64,000 bases of DNA from an uncultured Rickettsiales bacterium. GTDB lineage: Bacteria; Pseudomonadota; Alphaproteobacteria; Micavibrionales; GCA-2720935. The notes beneath the pieces are model-generated. The model saw only the letters and a list, made by a program, of their open reading frames with translations. It did no database searches and was not told where the DNA came from. The position numbers were made by a program, and so were the translations under genes. The stretch covers positions 583,589-647,588 of the forward strand of contig CATLOR010000001.1 of assembly GCA_950054255.1 (NCBI GenBank), written 5' to 3'. Shown in pieces: positions 52,559 to 60,993 of the stretch (position 1 is the first letter of the stretch; each line of letters starts with the position of its first letter).

Positions 52559-53827
52559 ATGTTTGAAACCATAGATAAAATGTGGTCGTACAGGCCTGTA
52601 TTATTACTTGTGATTTGTTTGTTTTTTTCTTTCATTTCATGGGCATCATTAACAGAAATTGATCAACAAGTGCGTGGGACTGGGCGTGTTATCCCCTCTG
52701 GTAAAGCGCGTATGATTCAACATCTTGAGGGTGGTATTATTGATAAAATTCTCATCAAAGAAGGTCAAAAAATAGAAGCTGATCAGCCTATGTTTATTAT
52801 TAGTAATGAACGTGCAGAAAATGATTTGGACGAACTGGATATTACGCTTGCCTCATATACGATCAAGCAAACACGCTTGAAAGCGGAATTAAATAAACAA
52901 AATACGATTGATTTCGACCCTGAATCGATTGAAAAATATCCATCAATTGTTGTTTCAGAAAAACAATTATTCGAGGCGCGTCGTTCAAGCTTCAAAGAAA
53001 AAATCAAAAGTATGGAAGAAAAATTCCGTCAAAAATCCTTAAAGCTTGTTGATTTAAATACACGCGTGAAAAACTTAAAAGAAGAATTGGAAATTGCAAA
53101 AGAGCAATTAGAGATTAAGCGGCGTTTATTTGAGGCAGGTGCTATGTCGCGTAGCCGTTTTCTTGATGCACAAAGTGAGGTCAAAGATTTCAATACGCGT
53201 ATTTCTAGAGTTGACAAAGAAATACCTGTAGTCATTGCTGAGCGTGCTGAGGCGGATAATTTATTGGAAGAATATCGCCAAGCTTATTATTCAGAAGTCT
53301 TAGATCAACTTCAAGAAGTGCAGTTTGATATTAAAAAGGTGAGCGAACGTATAGCCTCTCTCCAAGACCAGGTGACAAGAACATCTGTTAAATCTCCTAT
53401 TAAAGGAATTGTGAATAAACTTCATATTAATACAATTGGCGGAGTTGTTCAGCCAGGAGCTGTGATGGCTGAGGTTATTCCAGTTGATGAAACACTTATT
53501 GTTGAAGGACAAATTTCAACGGAAGATCGTGGTAAGGTATGGCCATCACTTCCTGTAACGGTTAAGATTACGGCTTATGATTACACAATTTATGGTGGGC
53601 TAGACGGGACATTGACGAATGTGAGTGCTGATAGTTTTCTTGATAAGCAGAATAATGAATATTACCAAGTGTTTGTCACATTAGAAGGACAAAGCCTTGG
53701 CCCTGATAAACCCGTCTACCCAGGGATGATCGCAGAGATTAATATTAAAACAGGTAAAATCTCTGTCTTAAGCTCAATCCTAAGACCTTTTTGGGAAATT
53801 AAAGATAACGCTTTAAGAGAAAAATAA
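52559..53827 (+). CDS. Type I secretion membrane fusion protein (HlyD family)
   Basis: It is 422 aa with an N-terminal TM segment. VRGTGRVIPSGKARMIQHLEGGII is the lipoyl/beta-barrel start. A long coiled-coil hairpin follows, and the C-terminal GM.AEINIKTGK is typical of HlyD. Confidence 0.93.
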   Translation: MFETIDKMWSYRPVLLLVICLFFSFISWASLTEIDQQVRGTGRVIPSGKARMIQHLEGGIIDKILIKEGQKIEADQPMFIISNERAENDLDELDITLASYTIKQTRLKAELNKQNTIDFDPESIEKYPSIVVSEKQLFEARRSSFKEKIKSMEEKFRQKSLKLVDLNTRVKNLKEELEIAKEQLEIKRRLFEAGAMSRSRFLDAQSEVKDFNTRISRVDKEIPVVIAERAEADNLLEEYRQAYYSEVLDQLQEVQFDIKKVSERIASLQDQVTRTSVKSPIKGIVNKLHINTIGGVVQPGAVMAEVIPVDETLIVEGQISTEDRGKVWPSLPVTVKITAYDYTIYGGLDGTLTNVSADSFLDKQNNEYYQVFVTLEGQSLGPDKPVYPGMIAEINIKTGKISVLSSILRPFWEIKDNALREK

Positions 53828-53839
53828 AATATCCACTTA

Positions 53840-54466
53840 TTATGATGCTTTTGGAGAACGATTTTTAGGCGTTTTCTGTTGCGTTGGAACGGAGGTTTTG
53901 CTTTGCTCTAATGCATTATCAATCCATTCTTGTGCGATCTCAGAACTGGTGCACACTTTATGGGCGATATAACGCTTAAGTAGACCGTCAATACCATTGG
54001 GTAACTGTTGATAAAAGCTATCTGGGATAAAGAGTGAGGCAACTTTATAGCGCCTATAATCTGTTCCTTGATAAAAATCTAATACATGAAAGAAAGCATC
54101 TTCATCTTCTGGTGTGGCGTCTGAAAAAATAACAGGAATATCAAAAGAGGTATTTTGGGCAGCGTCATACATATCTACTTTTGAATGGTTAAAAGCACTG
54201 TTTAAGTCATGTAGTGTCAAGCTTGTTGCCTCTAAACGTTTCTCCATAATGGTATCAGGTGTATTTAAAATAGCGCAAATATCACGAATAAAATTAAGGC
54301 CAGCTCTTTTGTGAGCAGCTTGTTTCCAATGTTGGAGGTTTGTATTGATAAAAATAACAGGAAGAGCAAAGCCATTATCTTGAACTTCACAAATTTCCAA
54401 ATCATTCTTGTTTTTTAAGATGGCAACATAGTTTTTGTGTTTATTCGCTGTGCTCATAATCATCAA
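53840..54466 (-). CDS. Hypothetical protein
   Basis: It is 208 aa with no recognised motifs and a polar/basic C-terminal tail. It is divergent from the zeta-toxin-like gene. Confidence 0.45.
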   Translation of the reverse strand: MMIMSTANKHKNYVAILKNKNDLEICEVQDNGFALPVIFINTNLQHWKQAAHKRAGLNFIRDICAILNTPDTIMEKRLEATSLTLHDLNSAFNHSKVDMYDAAQNTSFDIPVIFSDATPEDEDAFFHVLDFYQGTDYRRYKVASLFIPDSFYQQLPNGIDGLLKRYIAHKVCTSSEIAQEWIDNALEQSKTSVPTQQKTPKNRSPKAS

Positions 54467-54580
54467 TCTCCCTTTAATTGTATGTGATTGATAAGAGCAT
54501 ATCGCTATATAAATTTCATGTCAATTAATTATTAACATAATTTTGAGATAATTGCTTTTTATACGAATGTAGGGGGAAGT

Positions 54581-55429
54581 ATGAATTATCTTTTGGATCC
54601 AAAAATTGTTGAGTCTTTATTAGAAAAGCCAATTGAACTTAATGGTAAAAGTTTCCATTATACTAACGAAGAATTAGATCATATTAAGCAAGAAGCGAAC
54701 CGTCTATTCAACGAGTTTACAGCTGGGAAAACACCAAGACCAGAAAATGAGAGACGTTATTTTATTACAGCCGGAGGACCAGGATCTGGAAAAAGCACAC
54801 TTGTAGAACAATTGATTGAAGTAGATCCTGTTATGAAGAATGCGGTATATGTGGATCCGGATGAAACGATTATGCGTAATATGCCAGCTTTTAAAAAGGA
54901 TGTTTCTAAGAATGGTGTCGAAGATGCTTATTCAAAATGGCGTTGGGCTTCTCAATATATCTGGCATAGTATTAGAAACCGAGCCGCTCAAGAGGGATAT
55001 GATATTATTAATGGAACAACGGCAACCAGTGATTTAGTGAACTTAGAATATGAAAATGTTTTAAAGGCTGGTTATAAGCCAGTAACGATTGCTGTTTGTG
55101 CTTCAGAACAAGTCAGAAGAGAAAGCGTTCAAAAACGATATGATGTAACAGGCGAACGTTATGTGCCAGAAGAAGATATAAAAAATAAAGGGGCTGCTTT
55201 TTTTGATAAGATTCCTCTGTATATACGCTATTCTAGTGCGGTACATTTTTACCATAGAGATGAAATGTCTAAAGATGCCGAACTCGCTTTAACAAGCGTT
55301 AAAGGGCGTGCGAATGAAAGAGGAAAAGCCTATGAAAAATTCATAGCGGAACTCGTTGATAATGGGGTTGAAGTGCAAGCATTGTTTGACATACCACGTA
55401 GAAAGCCACATACTAAGTTGGGATTATAA
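54581..55429 (+). CDS. Zeta-toxin-like / AAA_33-type P-loop kinase
   Basis: It is 282 aa. Walker A ITAGGPGSGKSTL is followed by VYVDPDE..., the zeta-toxin-type arrangement. No small epsilon-like antitoxin ORF is adjacent. Confidence 0.55.
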   Translation: MNYLLDPKIVESLLEKPIELNGKSFHYTNEELDHIKQEANRLFNEFTAGKTPRPENERRYFITAGGPGSGKSTLVEQLIEVDPVMKNAVYVDPDETIMRNMPAFKKDVSKNGVEDAYSKWRWASQYIWHSIRNRAAQEGYDIINGTTATSDLVNLEYENVLKAGYKPVTIAVCASEQVRRESVQKRYDVTGERYVPEEDIKNKGAAFFDKIPLYIRYSSAVHFYHRDEMSKDAELALTSVKGRANERGKAYEKFIAELVDNGVEVQALFDIPRRKPHTKLGL

Positions 55430-55449
55430 CTTTAAAAAAAGGTATAAAT

Positions 55450-55791
55450 ATGATCTTTCGTATATTATTCATCTGTATATTATTTTCTTTTATAGCACCT
55501 GTGAGCGCCAATCAGGTGGATTTTCGTAATGATGAAACATTAGAAGAAAGCTTCTTGCCTCCTGGGGCTGTTTTTGACCCTAGTTGGATGATGTGTAAGC
55601 AAGCAAAAGATTGCACAGCTATTGAAGGGCCTTGTGAAACGTTTTTACCAATTAATAAAAAATATAAGCGTGAAGGCAAGAAGTTTTACGAAGCTTTATC
55701 TGAAAGAGTAAAATGTCCTGAAGGCATGAATGTGCCAATCCCTAAAAATTTAGGATGTTTGCAAGGCCAATGTGCGGTAACTGCACAGTAG
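55450..55791 (+). CDS. Small exported cysteine-containing protein
   Basis: It is 113 aa with a signal peptide (ILFICILFSFIAPVSA). The mature part contains six Cys residues. Confidence 0.5.
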   Translation: MIFRILFICILFSFIAPVSANQVDFRNDETLEESFLPPGAVFDPSWMMCKQAKDCTAIEGPCETFLPINKKYKREGKKFYEALSERVKCPEGMNVPIPKNLGCLQGQCAVTAQ

Positions 55792-55819
55792 TTGGAAAGA
55801 TTTTATATTTTTTGAAGAG

Positions 55820-55894
55820 TGGTGCCGGAGAAGGGATTTGAACCCCCAACCTTTCGATTACAAATCGACTGCACTACCGTTGTGCTACTCCGGC
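55820..55894 (-). tRNA. tRNA-Thr (anticodon UGU), with CCA encoded
   Basis: The minus strand reads GCCGGAGTAGCACAACGGTAGTGCAGTCGATTTGTAATCGAAAGGTTGGGGGTTCAAATCCCTTCTCCGGCACCA. It has a 7-bp acceptor stem, a D arm, an anticodon stem GTCGA/TCGAA with loop TTTGTAA, and a T-loop TTCAAAT. Confidence 0.9.
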
Positions 55895-56101
55895 TCAGAT
55901 ATCAACGTCACTAGGTGAAGTTTTATTCGAGTGGGATCTTTTTGCAATATTTTTCGTATAAGATCAAGAAAAAAATTAATAAAAAATGATATTAAGATGT
56001 TTTTTATGTTTCTGCTTCACTATAATATTGATCTAGTAGTTGTTTCTCTTTAAAAAGAGAGGAGCAAATGAGGCGTAACGAGAAAATAAAAAGGAGATCG
56101 T

Positions 56102-57277
56102 GTGGCTCAAGGTGATGGAGATGACACCCCTGTTGTCTTAACAATGATCATATTAATTACCTGTGGTGTGTGTTTTGCCATTTGGTGGTTTTTTAGTGCG
56201 GAGCTTATGAGCTTTGTGCGATGGATACGTTTTGGTCAAATACAGCTTGCTGCGTGGATTTTTGGAACAGATTATGTTCATTCAGATTATGTGATCTTAG
56301 GTGATTTTTCCTTAGCTCAGCTTTTAGAATTTATGAATACTGTGGATGCATATGAACTGCTCCCAGAGCATATTGGTTTATTTACAAGAGCCAGCCTTGA
56401 ATTTTGGCGTCCATTATTTGCTGTTATATTGTTATCATTCTCGGTGTGGGCTTACTTAAGAGGCCCGGGAACTAAATTTCATAGAAAAATGGATCTCAAT
56501 GGTGTTTTAGAAGAACATTCAAAATCTTTCCCAAGTATTCGCCCTTTTGTGAATTTTGACCCTTTAAAGCAACAGGTGCGCGCACCTGGAACACCTGTTC
56601 CTGCAAAGCTGCCTTTATTTGCGGAATCACTCTCTCCAGAAGAATGGGTGTCTTTTAATATGATTCCTATCTCAGAGAAACGAAAATTAGATGAGCAATC
56701 AACTTATGGTGCATTTGTTCAACAATTAGGACGTCGCTGGAAAGGATTGTCACATTTAAAGCCTCATGAGCGCGCTCTATTTGCTGTTTGCGCACTTAAG
56801 TCAGTAAGACGTCGTGAACAAGCAGATGGTCTTCTAGATGAAATGGCTTTGTGTTGGGACCCTAAAAAAGGTTGGAAACAAACACCAGCATTAAAAGAAA
56901 AAGTAAATCGTATTTTAAAAGATCCAAAAATTTCAAAAGAATGTTATTTGAAAGCTAATCAGCATGCCTATGTTAAGACAGCTTTGTTACGTGCTTTACA
57001 ATATGCACGTCAAGAAGGCGGGGTTTTGGCTTCTGCTCAATTCGTTTGGCTTAGAGGGTTTGATAGAGGCTTGTGGTATCCTCTTAATAATTTAGGGCGC
57101 CGCTCATTCCATACAGAAGCAATGTCTGTTATGGCTCATTTTCAAGCTGAAAAATCGATGGAACGTCCAATTCCTGTCCCTCAAGTTATGACAGCAATTG
57201 AGTCTTTACAACGCTATTTTGATACGCATCCACTTATTGTTATTCCTGAAATTTCAAGACAAGGAGGTAAGAAATGA
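56102..57277 (+). CDS. Putative type IVB coupling-complex protein (DotM/IcmP-like by position and topology)
   Basis: It is 391 aa with N-terminal TM segments and a large cytoplasmic domain. It lies immediately upstream of the DotL-like gene, as icmP lies before icmO. The GTG start is preceded by AGGAG with a 5-nt spacing. I cannot verify homology by eye. Confidence 0.45.
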   Translation: MAQGDGDDTPVVLTMIILITCGVCFAIWWFFSAELMSFVRWIRFGQIQLAAWIFGTDYVHSDYVILGDFSLAQLLEFMNTVDAYELLPEHIGLFTRASLEFWRPLFAVILLSFSVWAYLRGPGTKFHRKMDLNGVLEEHSKSFPSIRPFVNFDPLKQQVRAPGTPVPAKLPLFAESLSPEEWVSFNMIPISEKRKLDEQSTYGAFVQQLGRRWKGLSHLKPHERALFAVCALKSVRRREQADGLLDEMALCWDPKKGWKQTPALKEKVNRILKDPKISKECYLKANQHAYVKTALLRALQYARQEGGVLASAQFVWLRGFDRGLWYPLNNLGRRSFHTEAMSVMAHFQAEKSMERPIPVPQVMTAIESLQRYFDTHPLIVIPEISRQGGKK

Positions 57278-57813
57278 TATCTTTCATGAAGCCTGTTATT
57301 GATTTTTTTAAAGAACAAGAAGAGCCGTCTTACGCCGCTCTTGTTGGTACAAATTTAGTTGTTTCTTTGACCCAGTCTGAAAAACCAATTGTCTGGCGTG
57401 TTGATTTTCAAGAGATTAAATCTGCTTTCTTTTCGATTGAAGCAAAAGGCAAGAAGCATCAACTTGTGATGCAAGATAAAGGAAATAATAAAAAAGACGT
57501 TATCGCAGAATTCCAAGAAGAAGTGCATGCTCGCCACGCATATCATTTGATTTCAAAAGCCTTACTTGGTCAACCGATGAAAGAAAGCCAAGCAAGTTTT
57601 TTTCAAACCTTCGTGATCTTTGTGGTGTCTTTTATTCTTCTCTATTGGATCATGGATAGTTTGTTTTTTAGCGCAGACACAGATCAAAATGCGACTAAAG
57701 TTGTAAAGGAAATGACGCCTATGACAATGGAGCGAAATGAAAAACAACCAACGATTCCTGAGGATACCCAAAAAGGTGTTCCTTTATCAGTTGATGATTT
57801 ATTGAGTAGATAA
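57274..57813 (+). CDS. Hypothetical single-pass membrane protein between the DotM-like and DotL-like genes
   Basis: It is 179 aa. AGGAGG lies before the ATG, and the start overlaps the upstream stop (ATGA). One TM segment (FFQTFVIFVVSFILLYWIM) is present. Confidence 0.5.
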   Translation: MISFMKPVIDFFKEQEEPSYAALVGTNLVVSLTQSEKPIVWRVDFQEIKSAFFSIEAKGKKHQLVMQDKGNNKKDVIAEFQEEVHARHAYHLISKALLGQPMKESQASFFQTFVIFVVSFILLYWIMDSLFFSADTDQNATKVVKEMTPMTMERNEKQPTIPEDTQKGVPLSVDDLLSR

Positions 57814-57827
57814 GATTAGATTAGATA

Positions 57828-60545
57828 ATGGCAATAGATAAGAGATATCATTATAAACATAAGAATACGTTGCGCGATCTACGTAGTCCGTATGAAAAGA
57901 TACGTGATTATTTTATTAAGCCAAAAGTACAATATATGACGTTTATTGTGATGGCTGTTGCAATGTTTATCGAGCCATATGTTTATTATGCGACAGATAT
58001 TATTTTTATTATTGGTGTTTTATATTTTCTAGGACTAAAAACGAGAGGGCATAAACTTCCGTCAAAATTGCCTCTTTCTGCAGCTAAAATGGGTATGAAA
58101 GATCCAAATAATGATGGACCAGGTAAGAATAAACAACCTGAAGGTATTTTGTATTTAGGAAATACCAAAGATAGCAAAGAAGAAATCTGGTTTTCGAGCA
58201 GTGATATTAAGACACATATTTTGTATTTAGGAACAACGGGTGCTGGTAAAACAGAAGGGCTAAAATCGTTGGTCAGTAATGCATTATGCTGGGGGTCTGG
58301 TTACGTATATGTTGATGGTAAGGCCGATACTGGATTATGGAGCTCTTTATCAGCCATGGCACGTCGTTTTGGTCGTGATGATGATTTGCTTGTTTTAAAT
58401 TACATGACGGGAAATAAAGATGGTCATGGAGCTTCGAATACACTTAACCCATTTTCTGGTGGATCATCCTCATATTTAACGCAGTTGATGGTTTCTTTGA
58501 TGCCTGATGCAGGTGGTGATAATGCCATGTGGAAAGAGCGTGCGGTTGCTTTGATTGGATCGGTCTTACCGGCTTTGACATGGCGCCGTGATGAACAAGA
58601 ATTCCCTTTAAATGTAGGAACCATTCGTGAATATTTAAATCTACCTAAAATTATTGCGCTTTCTAGAAATCCAGATTTACCTGAAAAAATTAAAGCTGGG
58701 ATTAGAGGATACTTAGATACACTTCCTGGCTTTGTTGATGAAGCCTTTGATGATGATGGTAATGAAAAACCAATGCCACCTGATGCACCGATGGTTGATA
58801 CATCAACGATTCACCAACAACATGGTTATCTATCGATGCAGTTTACGCGCTCTTTGCAATCATTAGCAGATGATTATGGGTATGTTTTTGAAACGGAATG
58901 TGCCGATATTGATATGACAGATGTTGTCTTAAACCGTCGTATTTTGGTTGTTCTTATTCCGGCCCTTGAAAAATCAAGTGATGAGGCTGCGAATTTGGGT
59001 AAAATTGTTGCCGCAACGATTAAGGGCATGATGGGCTCTACTTTGGGTGCCGATGTTGAGGGGGCTGCTGAAAAAACAATTGATAACAAACCATCTGAAT
59101 CAAAAACACCTTTTATGACTGTGTTTGATGAGGTTGGTTATTATGCTTCGCAAGGAATGGCCGTGATGGCGGCACAGGCGCGTAGCTTAGGGTTCTGCCT
59201 TGTATATGCGGCGCAGGATTTACCAGCAATGGAAAAACGTGTGAAAGAAGAAGCGCGTTCAATTACAGCGAACTGTAATGTTAAAATCTTTGGTAAGTTA
59301 GAAGATCCTACACAAACGAAAGAATTTTTTGAAAAAACAGTCGGGGATATTTTAGTCGCTGAAGTGTCTGGTTTCCAAACAAGTAGTAACTCTTTGACCG
59401 GTGGTTTTCATGGTAAAGGGGACGCATCGGTACAATCACGCTCGCGTGCATCTTATGATGGTTTGCGCGGTTTTAAGGAAGGGGACGCGGTTGTTACATT
59501 TGGAGGAATGTTAGAAGAAATTAATGTCTTTTATTCTAATCCAGGGAATGCGAAAGCAATGCGTGTTCAAAAAATGCTTGAACCGCCTAAACCAGATGAA
59601 GCAAAGCTCCGCCAAAAGCCAGCGATTATCACTTTCTTAGACAATTATCGTCGCCAAGACTGGACCGCTGCAAATGCTTTGGAAGAAGTTCAAACTGAAA
59701 AAGAGTTAACCTCTCTTTTAGAAGGGTTTAAATTAGCGAAAAAGGCAAATTACTCTCCTTTACAATGTGGAGCGATGGCGATTGCTCAGCTCGGTGAAAT
59801 GTTTATGGATGATTATCCTGAAATGAAAACAGTTTCTCCTGTTGCTGCATCACCAACCGTTTCAGCCCCAGCACAGCCAACTGTTTCACAACAAGAGGCA
59901 GAGGATGTTTCTGAGAATACGAGCTGGTCTGATATGATGGGAAGTGAAGCGAGTGAACCTGATGAAACACCTTCTGATGATGGCGGTTTTTCTTGGGGAG
60001 ATATTATGTCTGATGATGTGCCGTCAGTTACTCCTGAAGCACCGAATAATAATGTTGAAACAGCAGGACACGTATCTATCCAAGAAGTATCAGATGTGGG
60101 AACACAGGAGAATGATGATGATGGTTTCTCTTGGGGAGATATGATGGGCGCATCGGATGATGGTGCAGATGAGGAAAATATAATAGCGGAGCAAGAAGAA
60201 ATTCCAGCGACAGAAGTAGCTGATGCTGGTGTGGATGTTACAACGCTTACACCAGAAGAAGCATTAGCACAAATTTCAAACGAATTAAAACAAGGTGCGT
60301 CTGACTCTCAAGAGATTGAAGATATGTTAGAAGAAACAAATTTCTATAAAGCGCCTGAAAAAACAGAAGCATTAGAGCAAGCTTCTTTGGATTTGGAACA
60401 ACCTATGGAAGAGATCGTAGCCCCAACGCATGAGCGCCCAGAAGGTATGAGCGATGAGGTTGAGGAATTGTTAAAATCAACAGCTGAAGAGCTCTCAGAA
60501 GGATTGACAGGTAATGATAATCCTTTAGAGAAAAAAGAAAAATAA
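57828..60545 (+). CDS. dotL: Type IVB secretion coupling protein DotL/IcmO (TraD/TrbC-type T4CP)
   Basis: It is 905 aa with two N-terminal TM segments. It has Walker A LYLGTTGAGKTEG, Walker B-like FMTVFDEVGYY, a VYAAQD motif, and a long acidic C-terminal extension. Confidence 0.78.
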   Translation: MAIDKRYHYKHKNTLRDLRSPYEKIRDYFIKPKVQYMTFIVMAVAMFIEPYVYYATDIIFIIGVLYFLGLKTRGHKLPSKLPLSAAKMGMKDPNNDGPGKNKQPEGILYLGNTKDSKEEIWFSSSDIKTHILYLGTTGAGKTEGLKSLVSNALCWGSGYVYVDGKADTGLWSSLSAMARRFGRDDDLLVLNYMTGNKDGHGASNTLNPFSGGSSSYLTQLMVSLMPDAGGDNAMWKERAVALIGSVLPALTWRRDEQEFPLNVGTIREYLNLPKIIALSRNPDLPEKIKAGIRGYLDTLPGFVDEAFDDDGNEKPMPPDAPMVDTSTIHQQHGYLSMQFTRSLQSLADDYGYVFETECADIDMTDVVLNRRILVVLIPALEKSSDEAANLGKIVAATIKGMMGSTLGADVEGAAEKTIDNKPSESKTPFMTVFDEVGYYASQGMAVMAAQARSLGFCLVYAAQDLPAMEKRVKEEARSITANCNVKIFGKLEDPTQTKEFFEKTVGDILVAEVSGFQTSSNSLTGGFHGKGDASVQSRSRASYDGLRGFKEGDAVVTFGGMLEEINVFYSNPGNAKAMRVQKMLEPPKPDEAKLRQKPAIITFLDNYRRQDWTAANALEEVQTEKELTSLLEGFKLAKKANYSPLQCGAMAIAQLGEMFMDDYPEMKTVSPVAASPTVSAPAQPTVSQQEAEDVSENTSWSDMMGSEASEPDETPSDDGGFSWGDIMSDDVPSVTPEAPNNNVETAGHVSIQEVSDVGTQENDDDGFSWGDMMGASDDGADEENIIAEQEEIPATEVADAGVDVTTLTPEEALAQISNELKQGASDSQEIEDMLEETNFYKAPEKTEALEQASLDLEQPMEEIVAPTHERPEGMSDEVEELLKSTAEELSEGLTGNDNPLEKKEK

Positions 60546-60560
60546 GAACATAGATCTGTT

Positions 60561-60656
60561 TTATCTTTCATCTAGTATTGGATTACGCCATTTATCCCAA
60601 AAATAATAACAACATACCATAAGTATGAGAGCGATAAGAATCATGATGCCTCTCAT
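60561..60656 (-). CDS. Candidate 31-codon hydrophobic small ORF
   Basis: The minus-strand ORF encodes MRGIMILIALILMVCCYYFWDKWRNPILDER, with AGGGG 8 nt before the ATG. It is below the ORF-track size cut-off, and I have no conservation evidence. Confidence 0.3.
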   Translation of the reverse strand: MRGIMILIALILMVCCYYFWDKWRNPILDER

Positions 60657-60813
60657 TAAATGACCCCTTTCTAAGTTATGAAAAGGTCACCAATAAGACG
60701 TATCTCTTGGTGACCGGGAGTCAAAAAACCGTAACAATCAGGAAACGGCATGACAGCTTTTAGCTGATGCCTGGACATATGCTATCATCTCCCGGTCAGA
60801 ACCGAGACATGAC

Positions 60814-60853
60814 ATCTTTGACACGTTTTTGAGAAACGCATCAATATCGGTTG
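60814..60853. repeat. Direct repeat, copy A
   Basis: ATCTTTGACACGTTTTTGAGAAACGCATCAATATCGGTTG recurs at 61647-61687 with one substitution and one extra T. Confidence 0.9.
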
Positions 60854-60993
60854 ATGCCAACCGCTGATTGTATTAGAGGTTTTTGAAGCCCCAGCGCTTA
60901 AGCTTTTAAGCACATAAGGCAATAATATAGGTTGTGATAAATTATTCAATTAAAAACTTGGTGTAGGCTAAATAGTGAAAGAAACCAAAGAGC

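Noticed and set aside
55820-55894. tRNA-Thr as the attachment site of a bounded integrative element
   Set aside because: I found no integrase, excisionase or conjugation genes beside it. I also did not find a second copy of the tRNA 3-prime end in the window. I kept it only as a low-interest boundary observation.
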